Positions 37,857 to 46,384 are shown, counted from the first letter of the stretch. The stretch is DNA of 64,000 nucleotides from an uncultured Methanosarcinales archaeon (GCA_964498285.1 CAZCGN010000001.1:339033-403032); one strand, 5' to 3'. Numbers and translations are program-made. The notes: generated from the letters alone by a model not told the origin.

Positions 37857-38190
37857 TTTTCTTGTTGTAGGAGTTGTACTTTTCGCATCGTTCTTAGGGG
37901 CCCTTGGAACACTTCTCTTTAAACAAGAAATAAGCAAGGGTGGATTGCTCAGCTTAATCAAAAAATTTAAAGCATACCTTGGAGCCTTATTGCTAGGCCT
38001 GTCCGTTCTATTGTATCTTGCAGCCCTTCGTTTTGAAAGTTTATCAATCATCTACCCTCTTGCATCAACAACATATATTTGGATCGCACTGTTTTCCGTT
38101 AAGATGCTCGGTGAGAAAATGAATCGATGGAAGTATTGGGGCCTTGTGTTCATTATCTTAGGAACAATTTTGATTGGCCTTGCGAGCTAA
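37849..38190 (+). CDS. Half-size EamA/SMR-like 4-TM protein (partner)
   Basis: Start set at the ATG at 37849 (MVNFLVVGV...). Same architecture as the upstream gene. Confidence 0.6.
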   Translation: MVNFLVVGVVLFASFLGALGTLLFKQEISKGGLLSLIKKFKAYLGALLLGLSVLLYLAALRFESLSIIYPLASTTYIWIALFSVKMLGEKMNRWKYWGLVFIILGTILIGLAS

Positions 38191-38194
38191 ACAC

Positions 38195-38689
38195 CTACTT
38201 TCTACGAAAGAAGGTATCAATTATTGCGGGAACTACAAGAAGCGCTGCAAACACGATCCCTAAAAGCCAAGGATTATGCTTCACGGTTGAAACCCCTATA
38301 TCTTGAATTATTGTGTTAGAAACAAACCCAATAAGAAGAATATTACCAAAGGCAAGCACAGGGATAAGTATTGTTGCAATTGTATGGTGCTTTTTTGCTA
38401 AGTGTCCTATGTCTGTTATTAAAAATGTGTACAAAAACCCTATGACAAATGCTAAGATTCCGGCAACAAGAAAGATAAGCCAAGAAGAGAGAACGAGAGA
38501 TAAAAACAACAGAACAAAAGAAACAAACACATTAGCAAAAATAATGACGAGAAGGGCACTATAAAACACTATTCTTGAGAAGTGAGCATCGTGTGCTTTT
38601 TCTTGATCAAGCACCTTGGTTGCATGTTGAATTTCCGCATCCTTCCACCCCTTGGACTTAAGTGTTGCTGCTGTTTTTTTTCGTTTCAT
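38195..38689 (-). CDS. 4-TM membrane protein translationally coupled to MinD-like ATPase
   Basis: ATGA start/stop overlap with the upstream ATPase gene. Basic cytoplasmic N-terminus followed by four TM helices. Confidence 0.6.
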   Translation of the reverse strand: MKRKKTAATLKSKGWKDAEIQHATKVLDQEKAHDAHFSRIVFYSALLVIIFANVFVSFVLLFLSLVLSSWLIFLVAGILAFVIGFLYTFLITDIGHLAKKHHTIATILIPVLAFGNILLIGFVSNTIIQDIGVSTVKHNPWLLGIVFAALLVVPAIIDTFFRRK

Positions 38690-39435
38690 TTTTCAGTTGA
38701 GGACTGTTTTTTTGCTGCTTGGTTTAGTTCCATGGTAAGTGTATCTGCAATAGAGCTAAAATGTCTTGCTGCTTTCGAGCGAGGATAAATATGGCCAACA
38801 GGCATTGTTTTGTGATGCGCTTTTCGTATTTTTGAATCTTGTTTGATGTTTGCAATAACATGCAATCCTAACATATCTTCCACCTGTTTTTCTGAAAGCT
38901 GGTGACGTGAGAATCGATGCGACTTGTTAAGAACTATTCCTGCAACTAAATTGTTATGAGACTTTGCAATTTCCAGAGATTTAAGTGATTCAATAACAGA
39001 ACTTGTTGTGGGATTTGCTATAACCAGGGCCTCATCAGTGTGTTTAAGAATCGTATGAAGTTCTGTACCAAACCCTGAAGGACAATCAATCAACACAAAA
39101 TCAAGAGTATTATCAAGATGTTCGAAGAGTTTATGCATTTCTTGAGGATTGGTTTTCTGAAATTCAGTGTACGATGGTGATGCTGGAGCGAACTGTAGGC
39201 CTGATTCGTGCGCATGAATGATGTCATGCACTTTCTTTTCTTTTCGTAGAAAATGGTTCACGGTGGCTGTTGGATACAAAAGCCCGAGATGTAATCCGAT
39301 ATTTGGTGTTGCAAAATTAGCATCAACAACGAGCGTTTTAAAGCCTTTTTCGTTGAGGGCATGCCCTACATTCACTGTTGTGGTTGTTTTGCCAACTCCC
39401 CCTTTCCCAGAAACTATAGCTATAAAACGTGTCAT
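38686..39435 (-). CDS. MinD/ParA-family P-loop ATPase
   Basis: Deviant Walker A IAIVSGKGGVGKTTTTVN, and switch regions typical of MinD/Mrp. Confidence 0.85.
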   Translation of the reverse strand: MTRFIAIVSGKGGVGKTTTTVNVGHALNEKGFKTLVVDANFATPNIGLHLGLLYPTATVNHFLRKEKKVHDIIHAHESGLQFAPASPSYTEFQKTNPQEMHKLFEHLDNTLDFVLIDCPSGFGTELHTILKHTDEALVIANPTTSSVIESLKSLEIAKSHNNLVAGIVLNKSHRFSRHQLSEKQVEDMLGLHVIANIKQDSKIRKAHHKTMPVGHIYPRSKAARHFSSIADTLTMELNQAAKKQSSTEK

Positions 39436-39486
39436 CTACTCTTTGAACCTCAGAAAATAATAATCTGTTAGGATTTATAAGAATTG

Positions 39487-39972
39487 TTATTCTTCTTCTT
39501 TAGCAAGGCCAAAGAGTTTTTTGGAGAACTCAAAGAATTTATGAGCATAATATTCACACGTTTCAAGATTATCAATGTTAATGATAACACTTGAATTATT
39601 GTCAAGTTCAAAGACCATCCCTACATGTCGTCGGTACTCGTTGATCCTCCCATACTCACGTTTGAGCAAATCCTTAAGGAAAAAATAATACGTCACAAAC
39701 TTTGTAAATTGTGCATCGTCCGGAAACATATCTTGAAGTTTTGTTACCCGCAGAGCCGGGCTTTTGGGCACTTTAGCAATTTTTTCTTTGTTCATAGCAT
39801 CAAGCATATACCCTTCAAACATAATGTCAAAAAAGCTTACGAACCGTAGAAGTGCATTACGTAACACATCTGTTGTTCGAGTATATTTCAAACTAACATA
39901 TATGATATGTTCAACTCGCTTAAGTTCCTCGCGCCCTTCGAGCATATAATCTTCTAAAGTGTCATATTCCAT
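39487..39972 (-). CDS. Hypothetical alpha-helical protein, paralogue B
   Basis: Same length class as, and alignable blocks with, 39991-40461 (e.g. INEYRRHVGMVFELD vs ISFKRHKTYVICTKD). Confidence 0.55.
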   Translation of the reverse strand: MEYDTLEDYMLEGREELKRVEHIIYVSLKYTRTTDVLRNALLRFVSFFDIMFEGYMLDAMNKEKIAKVPKSPALRVTKLQDMFPDDAQFTKFVTYYFFLKDLLKREYGRINEYRRHVGMVFELDNNSSVIINIDNLETCEYYAHKFFEFSKKLFGLAKEEE

Positions 39973-39990
39973 TGTGTCATAAGAAGAGAA

Positions 39991-40461
39991 CTAGCGCACT
40001 AATCCTCGTATTTGATTAAAATATGTGTGGAGATCTTCCATTTTTGTAACAAAACCTTTCAAAGATTCTTCTGAAAGGACCTCAACTTTATAATCTTTTG
40101 TACAAATCACGTAGGTTTTATGCCTCTTAAAGCTAATAAGGTCAGATTTGTAGTCTTTTGTAAGCTTTGCAAGCCGCATGTAGAGTTCAGCTATATTTGC
40201 AGGAAGATTTAATGATTTTGCGTGTTGCGAGATAAGGGCGACTTTTTGGACAGAGTTTTCCGGAAATTGATTAATAAAACCCTTATTGTGAAGGTGAAGA
40301 GCAGATAGATGTAAAAGGTCCGAAGACGCTGCAAACAAATAACCCAGAATTTCGACAAACAATTTTTCTTCTTTTACTAAAGGGTACGTTCGCTCCAGAA
40401 TATACCTGGCAGTTTCAAGTTGTTGACCAATTTTTTCAAGAAGGAGATCTTCAGGTGGCAT
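39991..40461 (-). CDS. Hypothetical alpha-helical protein, paralogue A
   Basis: See paralogue B. 18-nt spacer between the two genes. Confidence 0.55.
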   Translation of the reverse strand: MPPEDLLLEKIGQQLETARYILERTYPLVKEEKLFVEILGYLFAASSDLLHLSALHLHNKGFINQFPENSVQKVALISQHAKSLNLPANIAELYMRLAKLTKDYKSDLISFKRHKTYVICTKDYKVEVLSEESLKGFVTKMEDLHTYFNQIRGLVR

Positions 40462-40507
40462 GGAGTGGTTTAAAGTTACAATACTTGAAAAAGGTTGTGG
40501 GAAGTTT

Positions 40508-40831
40508 TTATTCCGTTATTTCATAGAACAATTCTGACCTAGATGGAAACGCATCTTTTGCAGGGTTTGTTGATAACTCTGCAAGAACAGTTCCGTCAAG
40601 ACAGGTCAAATATCTATCATTAACGCCATCTCCATCAAAATCACGATTAGAACTGACTGAGTAAAATTGACTCTGAACTCCGGCTGGTTCCCGGCTTGGC
40701 TCTTCACACACCCTAAGTGCATCTGGACCATTTGTTGCAACAACTTCGTATGGGCCAAAATCTGTTAATTCATCAAAAGCCAAACACAAAGCTGCAATTC
40801 CAAGACCAACCATTAATGCTCGTTTTCCCAT
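40508..40831 (-). CDS. Small secreted protein with DxDxDG-type Ca-binding-like motif
   Basis: Signal peptide MGKRALMVGLGIAALCLA, and DFDGDGVND. Confidence 0.5.
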   Translation of the reverse strand: MGKRALMVGLGIAALCLAFDELTDFGPYEVVATNGPDALRVCEEPSREPAGVQSQFYSVSSNRDFDGDGVNDRYLTCLDGTVLAELSTNPAKDAFPSRSELFYEITE

Positions 40832-40895
40832 GAATAACTTAAGAAGGGACCCAACTTATAAAACTTTCGATAAATTAGTACTCTTTAGGGACGAA

Positions 40896-41240
40896 TCAAT
40901 CTTCGGAACTCAAATCGAGAATTGCTTGGGCCAAATCACCCTCGCGCTTTGCAATAGCTTCTTCAGCTACATTACGATCAACACCTGCTTGATCCATAAC
41001 AGTTTTGATATCATCTTCAGAAATGTCAGGGGTTGCCGAAAGAGCTCTTTGGTGTGGTGTTCCTACAACTTGGTAGGTTTCTTGTCCCATCATGTTCACT
41101 TTACTTACTTGTGGCTGGCTAAATACAAGCTCAGCGTCATGCGTTCTAATGATAACTTCAACAGCATCAAGTTCCACTTGTTGGATCCCCATCTGCTTCA
41201 TCATTTTCTGCATCTGTCGAGGGTTCATTCCGGGTAACAT
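40896..41240 (-). CDS. nac: Nascent polypeptide-associated complex protein (NAC)
   Basis: MNPRQMQKMMKQMGI N-terminus, NAC beta-barrel, and a C-terminal UBA-like region. Confidence 0.9.
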   Translation of the reverse strand: MLPGMNPRQMQKMMKQMGIQQVELDAVEVIIRTHDAELVFSQPQVSKVNMMGQETYQVVGTPHQRALSATPDISEDDIKTVMDQAGVDRNVAEEAIAKREGDLAQAILDLSSED

Positions 41241-41241
41241 T

Positions 41242-41391
41242 TTAGCTTAGAAACGCTCCACCAAAGAAGTGTAAAAGGATTATAATGATCGCAACAACAA
41301 CACAGAGAACAATAACTGCACTTGGCGAGAATAGTAATTTTGAAGTAGTTTCTTCAAAGTATCGTGTAAGTCCGCCTTGCCCTGAAGGCAT
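41242..41391 (-). CDS. secG: Preprotein translocase Sec61-beta (archaeal SecG); possible GTG start at 41415
   Basis: Hand translation gives MPSGQGGLTRYFEETTSKLLFSPSAVIVLCVVVAIIIILLHFFGGAFLS*. This has the GL.RYfeE box plus a single C-terminal TM. Below the ORF-track length cutoff. The stop lies 1 nt before the nac start. Confidence 0.8.
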   Translation of the reverse strand: MPSGQGGLTRYFEETTSKLLFSPSAVIVLCVVVAIIIILLHFFGGAFLS

Positions 41392-41518
41392 TCGAATTTT
41401 GTTGTCTTTGGCCACTGTGAGCTGTAATTCTTTAGATGTTTTATATAGTTTTTGGAATAAATAAAGCGCTTTGCGTAAGCAAAGTCCTGTGTTTTGATCA
41501 AACTTTTGTTAAAAGTTT

Positions 41519-41846
41519 GGTAGGGCAGAAATAAGCCGCCTTCTGTCACATCCAAAATGGTATCAAGTACCATCGATAATGTGCGAAAGTATTCTACTGA
41601 GCGTCAAATGACTTGCACCGGCTAGGATTCACATGTCTCATCGATTCCTACACAGACATCAGCTGGTTAACTCATTTCCCTTGCGGAAAACTTCGCGAGC
41701 ATCATTTCATAATGCGTAGGGCGTGTCATTTCTGTGCCAGAGCCAAAGATTTCTCCTTCTCTTAACCGAGGTTTCGAGTAGCCTTTTATGGTGGGCGGAC
41801 TTTCCTCAAAATCAAAGATTCCGAAAACTTCCTACCTGCCACTACC
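41519..41846 (-). ncRNA. rnpB: RNase P RNA (about 328 nt)
   Basis: Minus strand carries GAGGAAAGUCCGCCCACC (CR-I), GGCACAGAAAUGACACGCC, and ACAGAAGGCGGCUUAU (CR-V). AAGUCCGCC/GGCGGCUU forms P4 with a bulged U. The termini GGUAGUGGCAG/CUGCCCUACC pair as P1/P2. Confidence 0.85.
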
Positions 41847-41868
41847 GGACCCTTAAAATAAGGCCAAA

Positions 41869-41876
41869 TTTATAAG
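41869..41876 (-). promoter_or_regulatory. Candidate TATA box of RNase P RNA gene
   Basis: CTTATAAA on the minus strand, centred about 26 nt upstream of the predicted 5' end at 41846. Confidence 0.5.
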
Positions 41877-41893
41877 AATATCTCTAAAAAAAG

Positions 41894-42610
41894 TTAATGC
41901 ATAGGAAGACCATTAGAGGAAAGAATCCTATCTACTCCTTCTTTATATAAACTGCGAAATCTTTGACTTCGTGGAAAGGTAAATGCTTTTTCAGACGATT
42001 GCGCAAGCCACGCTGCTTCTTGTTTATTAGATGCCAAAATTGCATCTGCTTGCCGATAAAGGAGATCTATCTCCTTTAGTCTATCTACTCGTGAGATTCC
42101 TCGAGCCAGTGAATGCTGCGCAACGAATCCTGCCAAAGGAACAAAACCCTGCACATGTCTCCATTCTCCTGCAAGACTCTGATTTCTCCGAGATAGCTCT
42201 GCTGCAACATCATCTCGGACTGTTTGTTCAAATGTTGCTCTTGGTCGAACTAATGAGAAACAGTAAATGCTATTATTGCTTAGATCAATATCTTGAAACA
42301 TTTCAAGAATGTAGGAACCACCATCTGAAACATCTCCGTTTGGAGAATAATAAACTTCAATAGATTGGCCACGACAAAGTCCAATTCCTTCTTGTTCATA
42401 AGGGGGGAGGGCGTAAAAAGAAGCATCCTCTACTGGGACCAGTCCTGGAAACATTCTTCCCATGACTTTTTCAAGTCCAACAGCTGCAACTCTTTCTGAA
42501 CCATGAAAAGGAAACGCGGCAAGACGCTCAAATACTGCTAAACTCATCTGTTCTTGAGAATCTAGCAAAAATTCCCCTACTCCAGGCGAAGGCTCTTTTA
42601 GAAAATACAT
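41894..42610 (-). CDS. Hypothetical protein (Arg-rich)
   Basis: Intact 238-aa ORF. I recognise no motif. Lies downstream of the TraB-family gene. Confidence 0.5.
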   Translation of the reverse strand: MYFLKEPSPGVGEFLLDSQEQMSLAVFERLAAFPFHGSERVAAVGLEKVMGRMFPGLVPVEDASFYALPPYEQEGIGLCRGQSIEVYYSPNGDVSDGGSYILEMFQDIDLSNNSIYCFSLVRPRATFEQTVRDDVAAELSRRNQSLAGEWRHVQGFVPLAGFVAQHSLARGISRVDRLKEIDLLYRQADAILASNKQEAAWLAQSSEKAFTFPRSQRFRSLYKEGVDRILSSNGLPMH

Positions 42611-42654
42611 AGTAAATCAACAAAGGAAGGCCACTTAAGAACTTTACGTCTAAA

Positions 42655-43356
42655 TCACAAAATATCGACCTTATGCAATAACTCTTGCATCCCTTCTTTA
42701 TGCCCAGCTCCAACTATTGCTAAAATCTCTTTACCTGGATGTTTTTTTTGAAGAGCAATTAATTTTCGTACCATGTACCGATTTCGATCATCAATAAGCG
42801 TTTTGTATATGGACGGGTAACGTATCCGGACAAACCCTATCATTTTTGAGATTACAACTTCTTCAGGAACTTTTGTTAGATCAAAGTCTTGCATTCCAAG
42901 TTTTTCAAGCTGCTTTTTTTGAGAGAAAATCGATCCAAAAATATCTGCGATAAAATGCCATCTCTCGCGCCAGGTTAATGATTTTGAAAACCGTTTAAGC
43001 GTTATCTCGATTGGCTGATCAACTAGGGCAACATCTAATCCTTTCTTTCTTGCAACAACGAGCCCTTCTTTCATATCGGCTCCGGGTTCAACCCCAACAA
43101 CACCCCCCAATTTTTGTTGCACTATCTGACCAATTTTTGCAAATAAATATCCTTTAACACCAACTATTGGAATAACGCCCAGTGAGATTTTACGTTTTTG
43201 GTTTGAGAAGAGTGATTTTGCGCGCCTAGCATCTAATTCCAGGGCAACGATATCGGGCGATGTGCTCTCAATTGTTTTTTTGATTTCTCTAACGCTTTGT
43301 TGTGCTATATGAGAAGTTCCAAGAAGTGTGATGCCCATTGTATAGAGTTTAGGCAA
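42655..43356 (-). CDS. TraB/PrgY-family protein
   Basis: ITLLGTSHIAQQSVREIKKTIESTSPDIVALELDARR and C-terminal AIVGAGHKEG, typical of the TraB family. Confidence 0.75.
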   Translation of the reverse strand: MPKLYTMGITLLGTSHIAQQSVREIKKTIESTSPDIVALELDARRAKSLFSNQKRKISLGVIPIVGVKGYLFAKIGQIVQQKLGGVVGVEPGADMKEGLVVARKKGLDVALVDQPIEITLKRFSKSLTWRERWHFIADIFGSIFSQKKQLEKLGMQDFDLTKVPEEVVISKMIGFVRIRYPSIYKTLIDDRNRYMVRKLIALQKKHPGKEILAIVGAGHKEGMQELLHKVDIL

Positions 43357-43409
43357 CAGAAAACTATATAAATCTATACTCGTTTATAAAGGCAACGAGG
43401 TGTAATGCA

Positions 43410-43682
43410 ATGCTTAAGATGAAAAAAATCTCATCAACATACGATTTACGAGTATTTACTGATTCTGGGGAATATTTTGGAGATATTGAAGATAGTATTA
43501 TTGAAGGAAACAAAGTATTTGGCTGGAAAATTAAGTCCACAAAAAACTCATTTCTCTCACGAATTTTAGGAAGCGCAAAAGGAGTAATTGTGCCGCACCA
43601 GTTAGTTAAAGCGGTAGGCGACATCTTAATTATCTCGAAGAGCGCAATCCCAACTGGCCATAATGAGGCGAGCGAAGAATAA
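43410..43682 (+). CDS. PRC-barrel domain protein
   Basis: VFTDSGEYFGDIEDSIIEGNKVFGWKI ... GVIVPHQLVKAVGDILII pattern. Confidence 0.6.
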   Translation: MLKMKKISSTYDLRVFTDSGEYFGDIEDSIIEGNKVFGWKIKSTKNSFLSRILGSAKGVIVPHQLVKAVGDILIISKSAIPTGHNEASEE

Positions 43683-43790
43683 ATGGTGCGCTTTAACTAC
43701 GAAAAGTTCTATGCAGATTTGGTCAATTTTACGATCGTGCAAGGTGAAACACCAGAAGATGTTGATATGAAACTCTTTATTGCAGCGTAA
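43683..43790 (+). CDS. Possible 35-aa acidic peptide abutting PRC-barrel gene
   Basis: The ATG directly follows the TAA of the upstream gene. Hand translation: MVRFNYEKFYADLVNFTIVQGETPEDVDMKLFIAA*. Confidence 0.2.
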   Translation: MVRFNYEKFYADLVNFTIVQGETPEDVDMKLFIAA

Positions 43791-43805
43791 TTGCTTTGTT
43801 TATTT

Positions 43806-44303
43806 TTACTTCCTTTTCTTCACAATCCATTTCTCAAGAAGTTCTAATTCCTTTTTAGAATTAAAGAATAGGGTATGTCTTTTACCACCTACAACAACGT
43901 AGGCTCCTAAGAACGCTTTATCAAGCTTATGAATATCAATATCTTTTCGGTGAATTTTATGATGCCTGATTAACTTTTTGTTCACCCTATGCTTGATATG
44001 TAAATGCTCACCCATAATATGGTACTCTTCTTCAACATGACGCACATGTTTCATCAAATGCTGTAAAATACTATACAACGCAACAAATCCGATCGTAATA
44101 ACTACTGTTGGCAATACTCTTCGTGACATTTGAAAGAACACAAAAAGATACACACCAACCGTAACTAAAGTTAAAAAGAATAATTCTATTCGTAAAAAGT
44201 ATAGATCTTCAGCAGGAAACTTCCAGCTAATTTTCTTAGCAACTCTTTTTTTTGAAGAAGCTTTTTTTCGAACTTGTTTTCGTTTTGCCATTTTTTCATA
44301 CAA
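43806..44303 (-). CDS. 2-TM membrane protein with His-rich cytoplasmic segment
   Basis: Basic N-terminus and two TM helices, followed by HLMKHVRHVEEEYHIMGEHLHIKHRVNKKLIRHHKIHRKDIDIH. Confidence 0.5.
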   Translation of the reverse strand: MYEKMAKRKQVRKKASSKKRVAKKISWKFPAEDLYFLRIELFFLTLVTVGVYLFVFFQMSRRVLPTVVITIGFVALYSILQHLMKHVRHVEEEYHIMGEHLHIKHRVNKKLIRHHKIHRKDIDIHKLDKAFLGAYVVVGGKRHTLFFNSKKELELLEKWIVKKRK

Positions 44304-44517
44304 TTGGAGCTTTACTCAAGCTCAGTAAAGATGAAATAAACATTAAGGCGAATACAAACATACTTGCAACACCAAAATTAGAACTTTCTGGATAAATATA
44401 ATATGCTGATAAGAAAAAACCAAGCATTGCAATAAGCATAAAACTTCCCTTTAGAGGAACTGCCTGCCATCCTCGCCAAATTTTACGCGGGTCCTTAGCC
44501 TTTGTTTTAGCTGCCAT
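44296..44517 (-). CDS. Small 2-TM membrane protein
   Basis: 8-nt overlap with the downstream membrane protein gene. Confidence 0.45.
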   Translation of the reverse strand: MAAKTKAKDPRKIWRGWQAVPLKGSFMLIAMLGFFLSAYYIYPESSNFGVASMFVFALMFISSLLSLSKAPIV

Positions 44518-44598
44518 CTCATCAAACCTAAGTAAAAGAGAAGAATTTAATGTTTTTAAACATTTGGGTTAGAACAGATAGGATGAAAAGGCACCATT

Positions 44599-45717
44599 CT
44601 AGAAATTATTCTTCTTAAGAAACTGTGCAACAACTTTTTGTGCCTTTGCTCTTTTCTTGTGGTGCTTTTCAAGAAAAGTTGTCATTTTCTCAATTAAGTA
44701 TTTTTTCAACTCTCCAGTAAGCATCTTTCCAGACTTGTACTCATCATAAATTTGTTGTAGTTTTGTATCATCTTCCTCGAATCCAAACTTGAGCATTTGA
44801 AAACTAACATCAATTTCTGGGTTTCCTCCCTTTTTTCGATGTTCTTCAACCGTAGGTTGGCCCCCTGAAAACGCATATTTGTTTATTTTTTTGGCAGCAA
44901 TCTTAGGACTATCAGTTAATGCAATATACGAATTCTCATCTGATGAAGACATTTTACCTCCCTTAAGACCAGTCATAAATTTATGATTCGTAGAACTTAG
45001 GGGTAAAAATTTGTGAAGTTTGCAACGTTTTGCAACATCGCGCGCCAGACGCAAGTGTGGATCCTGATCAGCACCGACAGGAACAACTACCGGAATTGGC
45101 CCCTCAAATTCGGGCAATTGTGCATGAAGCATATCTGATGCTTGCAGTAAGGATGCTGCCATCTTGCCTGGTTCAACATTGCCATAAATTGCTTTAAACT
45201 CATTGTAAGTTACATGTCTTGCAAGCATACCTGCTAAGCCATAATATGCACTTGCTTTCGCGCCATCGTTCGATCTTTTGGATTGAAAGTAAAAATCACA
45301 TTTTGATAGATCTAATCCTAGTGCTACATAATTGGTAAGATACTCTTCGACTGCTGTTTTATGGAGTGCTTTAAGATCCGGTAAACGAGAATTATACGCT
45401 TCAATGTCAGCAACAGTGACATAAATTTTCGCGCCTAATTTTTGATAAAAAATAATCTGTTTGGCAACCATCATGTGGCCAATATGAAACTTTCCTGAAG
45501 GCATGAGCCCAGTCATCATGACAAAAGGTTTTTTGTTTTGTATACGTTCAACAATCTGTTTAAAATCCCTGCCTGCAAAGACAATCCCTCTTCGAAATAA
45601 AGGTTCTTGTAAGAACACCTTTGGAAGATTTTTTAATGGTTTAAGACCAAAATCTTTGATAAGCTTATCATAATCAATATTGCCTTTCACTTCCCAAGGT
45701 GTCACGGTATGTGCCAT
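44599..45717 (-). CDS. trpS: Tryptophan--tRNA ligase (archaeal/eukaryotic type)
   Basis: MAHTVTPWEVKGNIDYDKLIKDFG start, HIGH (KFHIGHMM), KMSKS-like (GKMSSS). The track ORF extends to 45861. Confidence 0.85.
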   Translation of the reverse strand: MAHTVTPWEVKGNIDYDKLIKDFGLKPLKNLPKVFLQEPLFRRGIVFAGRDFKQIVERIQNKKPFVMMTGLMPSGKFHIGHMMVAKQIIFYQKLGAKIYVTVADIEAYNSRLPDLKALHKTAVEEYLTNYVALGLDLSKCDFYFQSKRSNDGAKASAYYGLAGMLARHVTYNEFKAIYGNVEPGKMAASLLQASDMLHAQLPEFEGPIPVVVPVGADQDPHLRLARDVAKRCKLHKFLPLSSTNHKFMTGLKGGKMSSSDENSYIALTDSPKIAAKKINKYAFSGGQPTVEEHRKKGGNPEIDVSFQMLKFGFEEDDTKLQQIYDEYKSGKMLTGELKKYLIEKMTTFLEKHHKKRAKAQKVVAQFLKKNNF

Positions 45718-45763
45718 AAGAAAAAGAAAGAGAGATAGAAGTTTATATATTTTTGTTTTAGAA

Positions 45764-46384
45764 TTACCCCATCCAGACCATAGGTTCTGCAGGATTTCTA
45801 GAAGAAGTACGATCAAGCGGTTCTTGTAGATACGTTTCGATCTTCCTTTGAAGAGGCACATCTGTTCGAAACCAGCGCCTATGCGTTTCGTGGGTGTGGT
45901 CAGCTAACGTTTGGTGAACACGCAAAACGTCTGTACCATCCTTTTCATATGCTTTCCTTGCTAAAGGAAAATCGTGGTCTCTTACACCAGTAAACCCTTC
46001 TTTTGTTCTTGCAGGAGTGTTCCATGTTTCAAGCATTCTCTCAACACACACACTTTTTGGTGCCCCAACAAGAACTATCAAACTTCCTCTCTGCCAAAAA
46101 GCTTCAACCTGAGGAGTATAAAGAGCCCGATCAAGAACATATAATCCACTATCTGCAATGCTGTACACTAAATCAACTATTCCTTCATCGCCAAGCTCTA
46201 AACCCAAATCAATTCTTTCTTGACGAGTACTTTCGCGCTCAAGGCCATCTCGCTCTTTGATTCTTGCATTGAGAAGTTCGCTCGTAGAAACTATTTCTCC
46301 ACGATACTGTTGAGTGATTGATCGAGCAGCTGTTGTCGTACCACTGCCTGGTTTTCCTACAAGTGTAATAAGTTTTAAAGACAT
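45764..46384 (-). CDS. P-loop NTPase/kinase-like protein (Arg-rich)
   Basis: Walker A LVGKPGSGTTTAA. Size and layout resemble small nucleotide kinases. Family not identified. Confidence 0.5.
   Translation of the reverse strand: MSLKLITLVGKPGSGTTTAARSITQQYRGEIVSTSELLNARIKERDGLERESTRQERIDLGLELGDEGIVDLVYSIADSGLYVLDRALYTPQVEAFWQRGSLIVLVGAPKSVCVERMLETWNTPARTKEGFTGVRDHDFPLARKAYEKDGTDVLRVHQTLADHTHETHRRWFRTDVPLQRKIETYLQEPLDRTSSRNPAEPMVWMG

Noticed and set aside
39487-40461. HEPN-like Rx4-6H motif in the tandem paralogues
   Set aside because: The R-x6-H spacing is present in only one copy (RINEYRRH). The upstream Arg is not conserved in the other.
41280-41573. 97-aa minus-strand ORF in the track
   Set aside because: It overlaps the out-of-frame Sec61-beta gene at one end and the RNase P RNA 3' region at the other. 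Its composition is not protein-like.
44545-44565. 7-bp inverted repeat AATGTTT-TT-AAACATT between trpS and the small membrane gene
   Set aside because: It is short, AT-only and expected by chance in AT-rich intergenic DNA. It may just be part of a TATA-like region.
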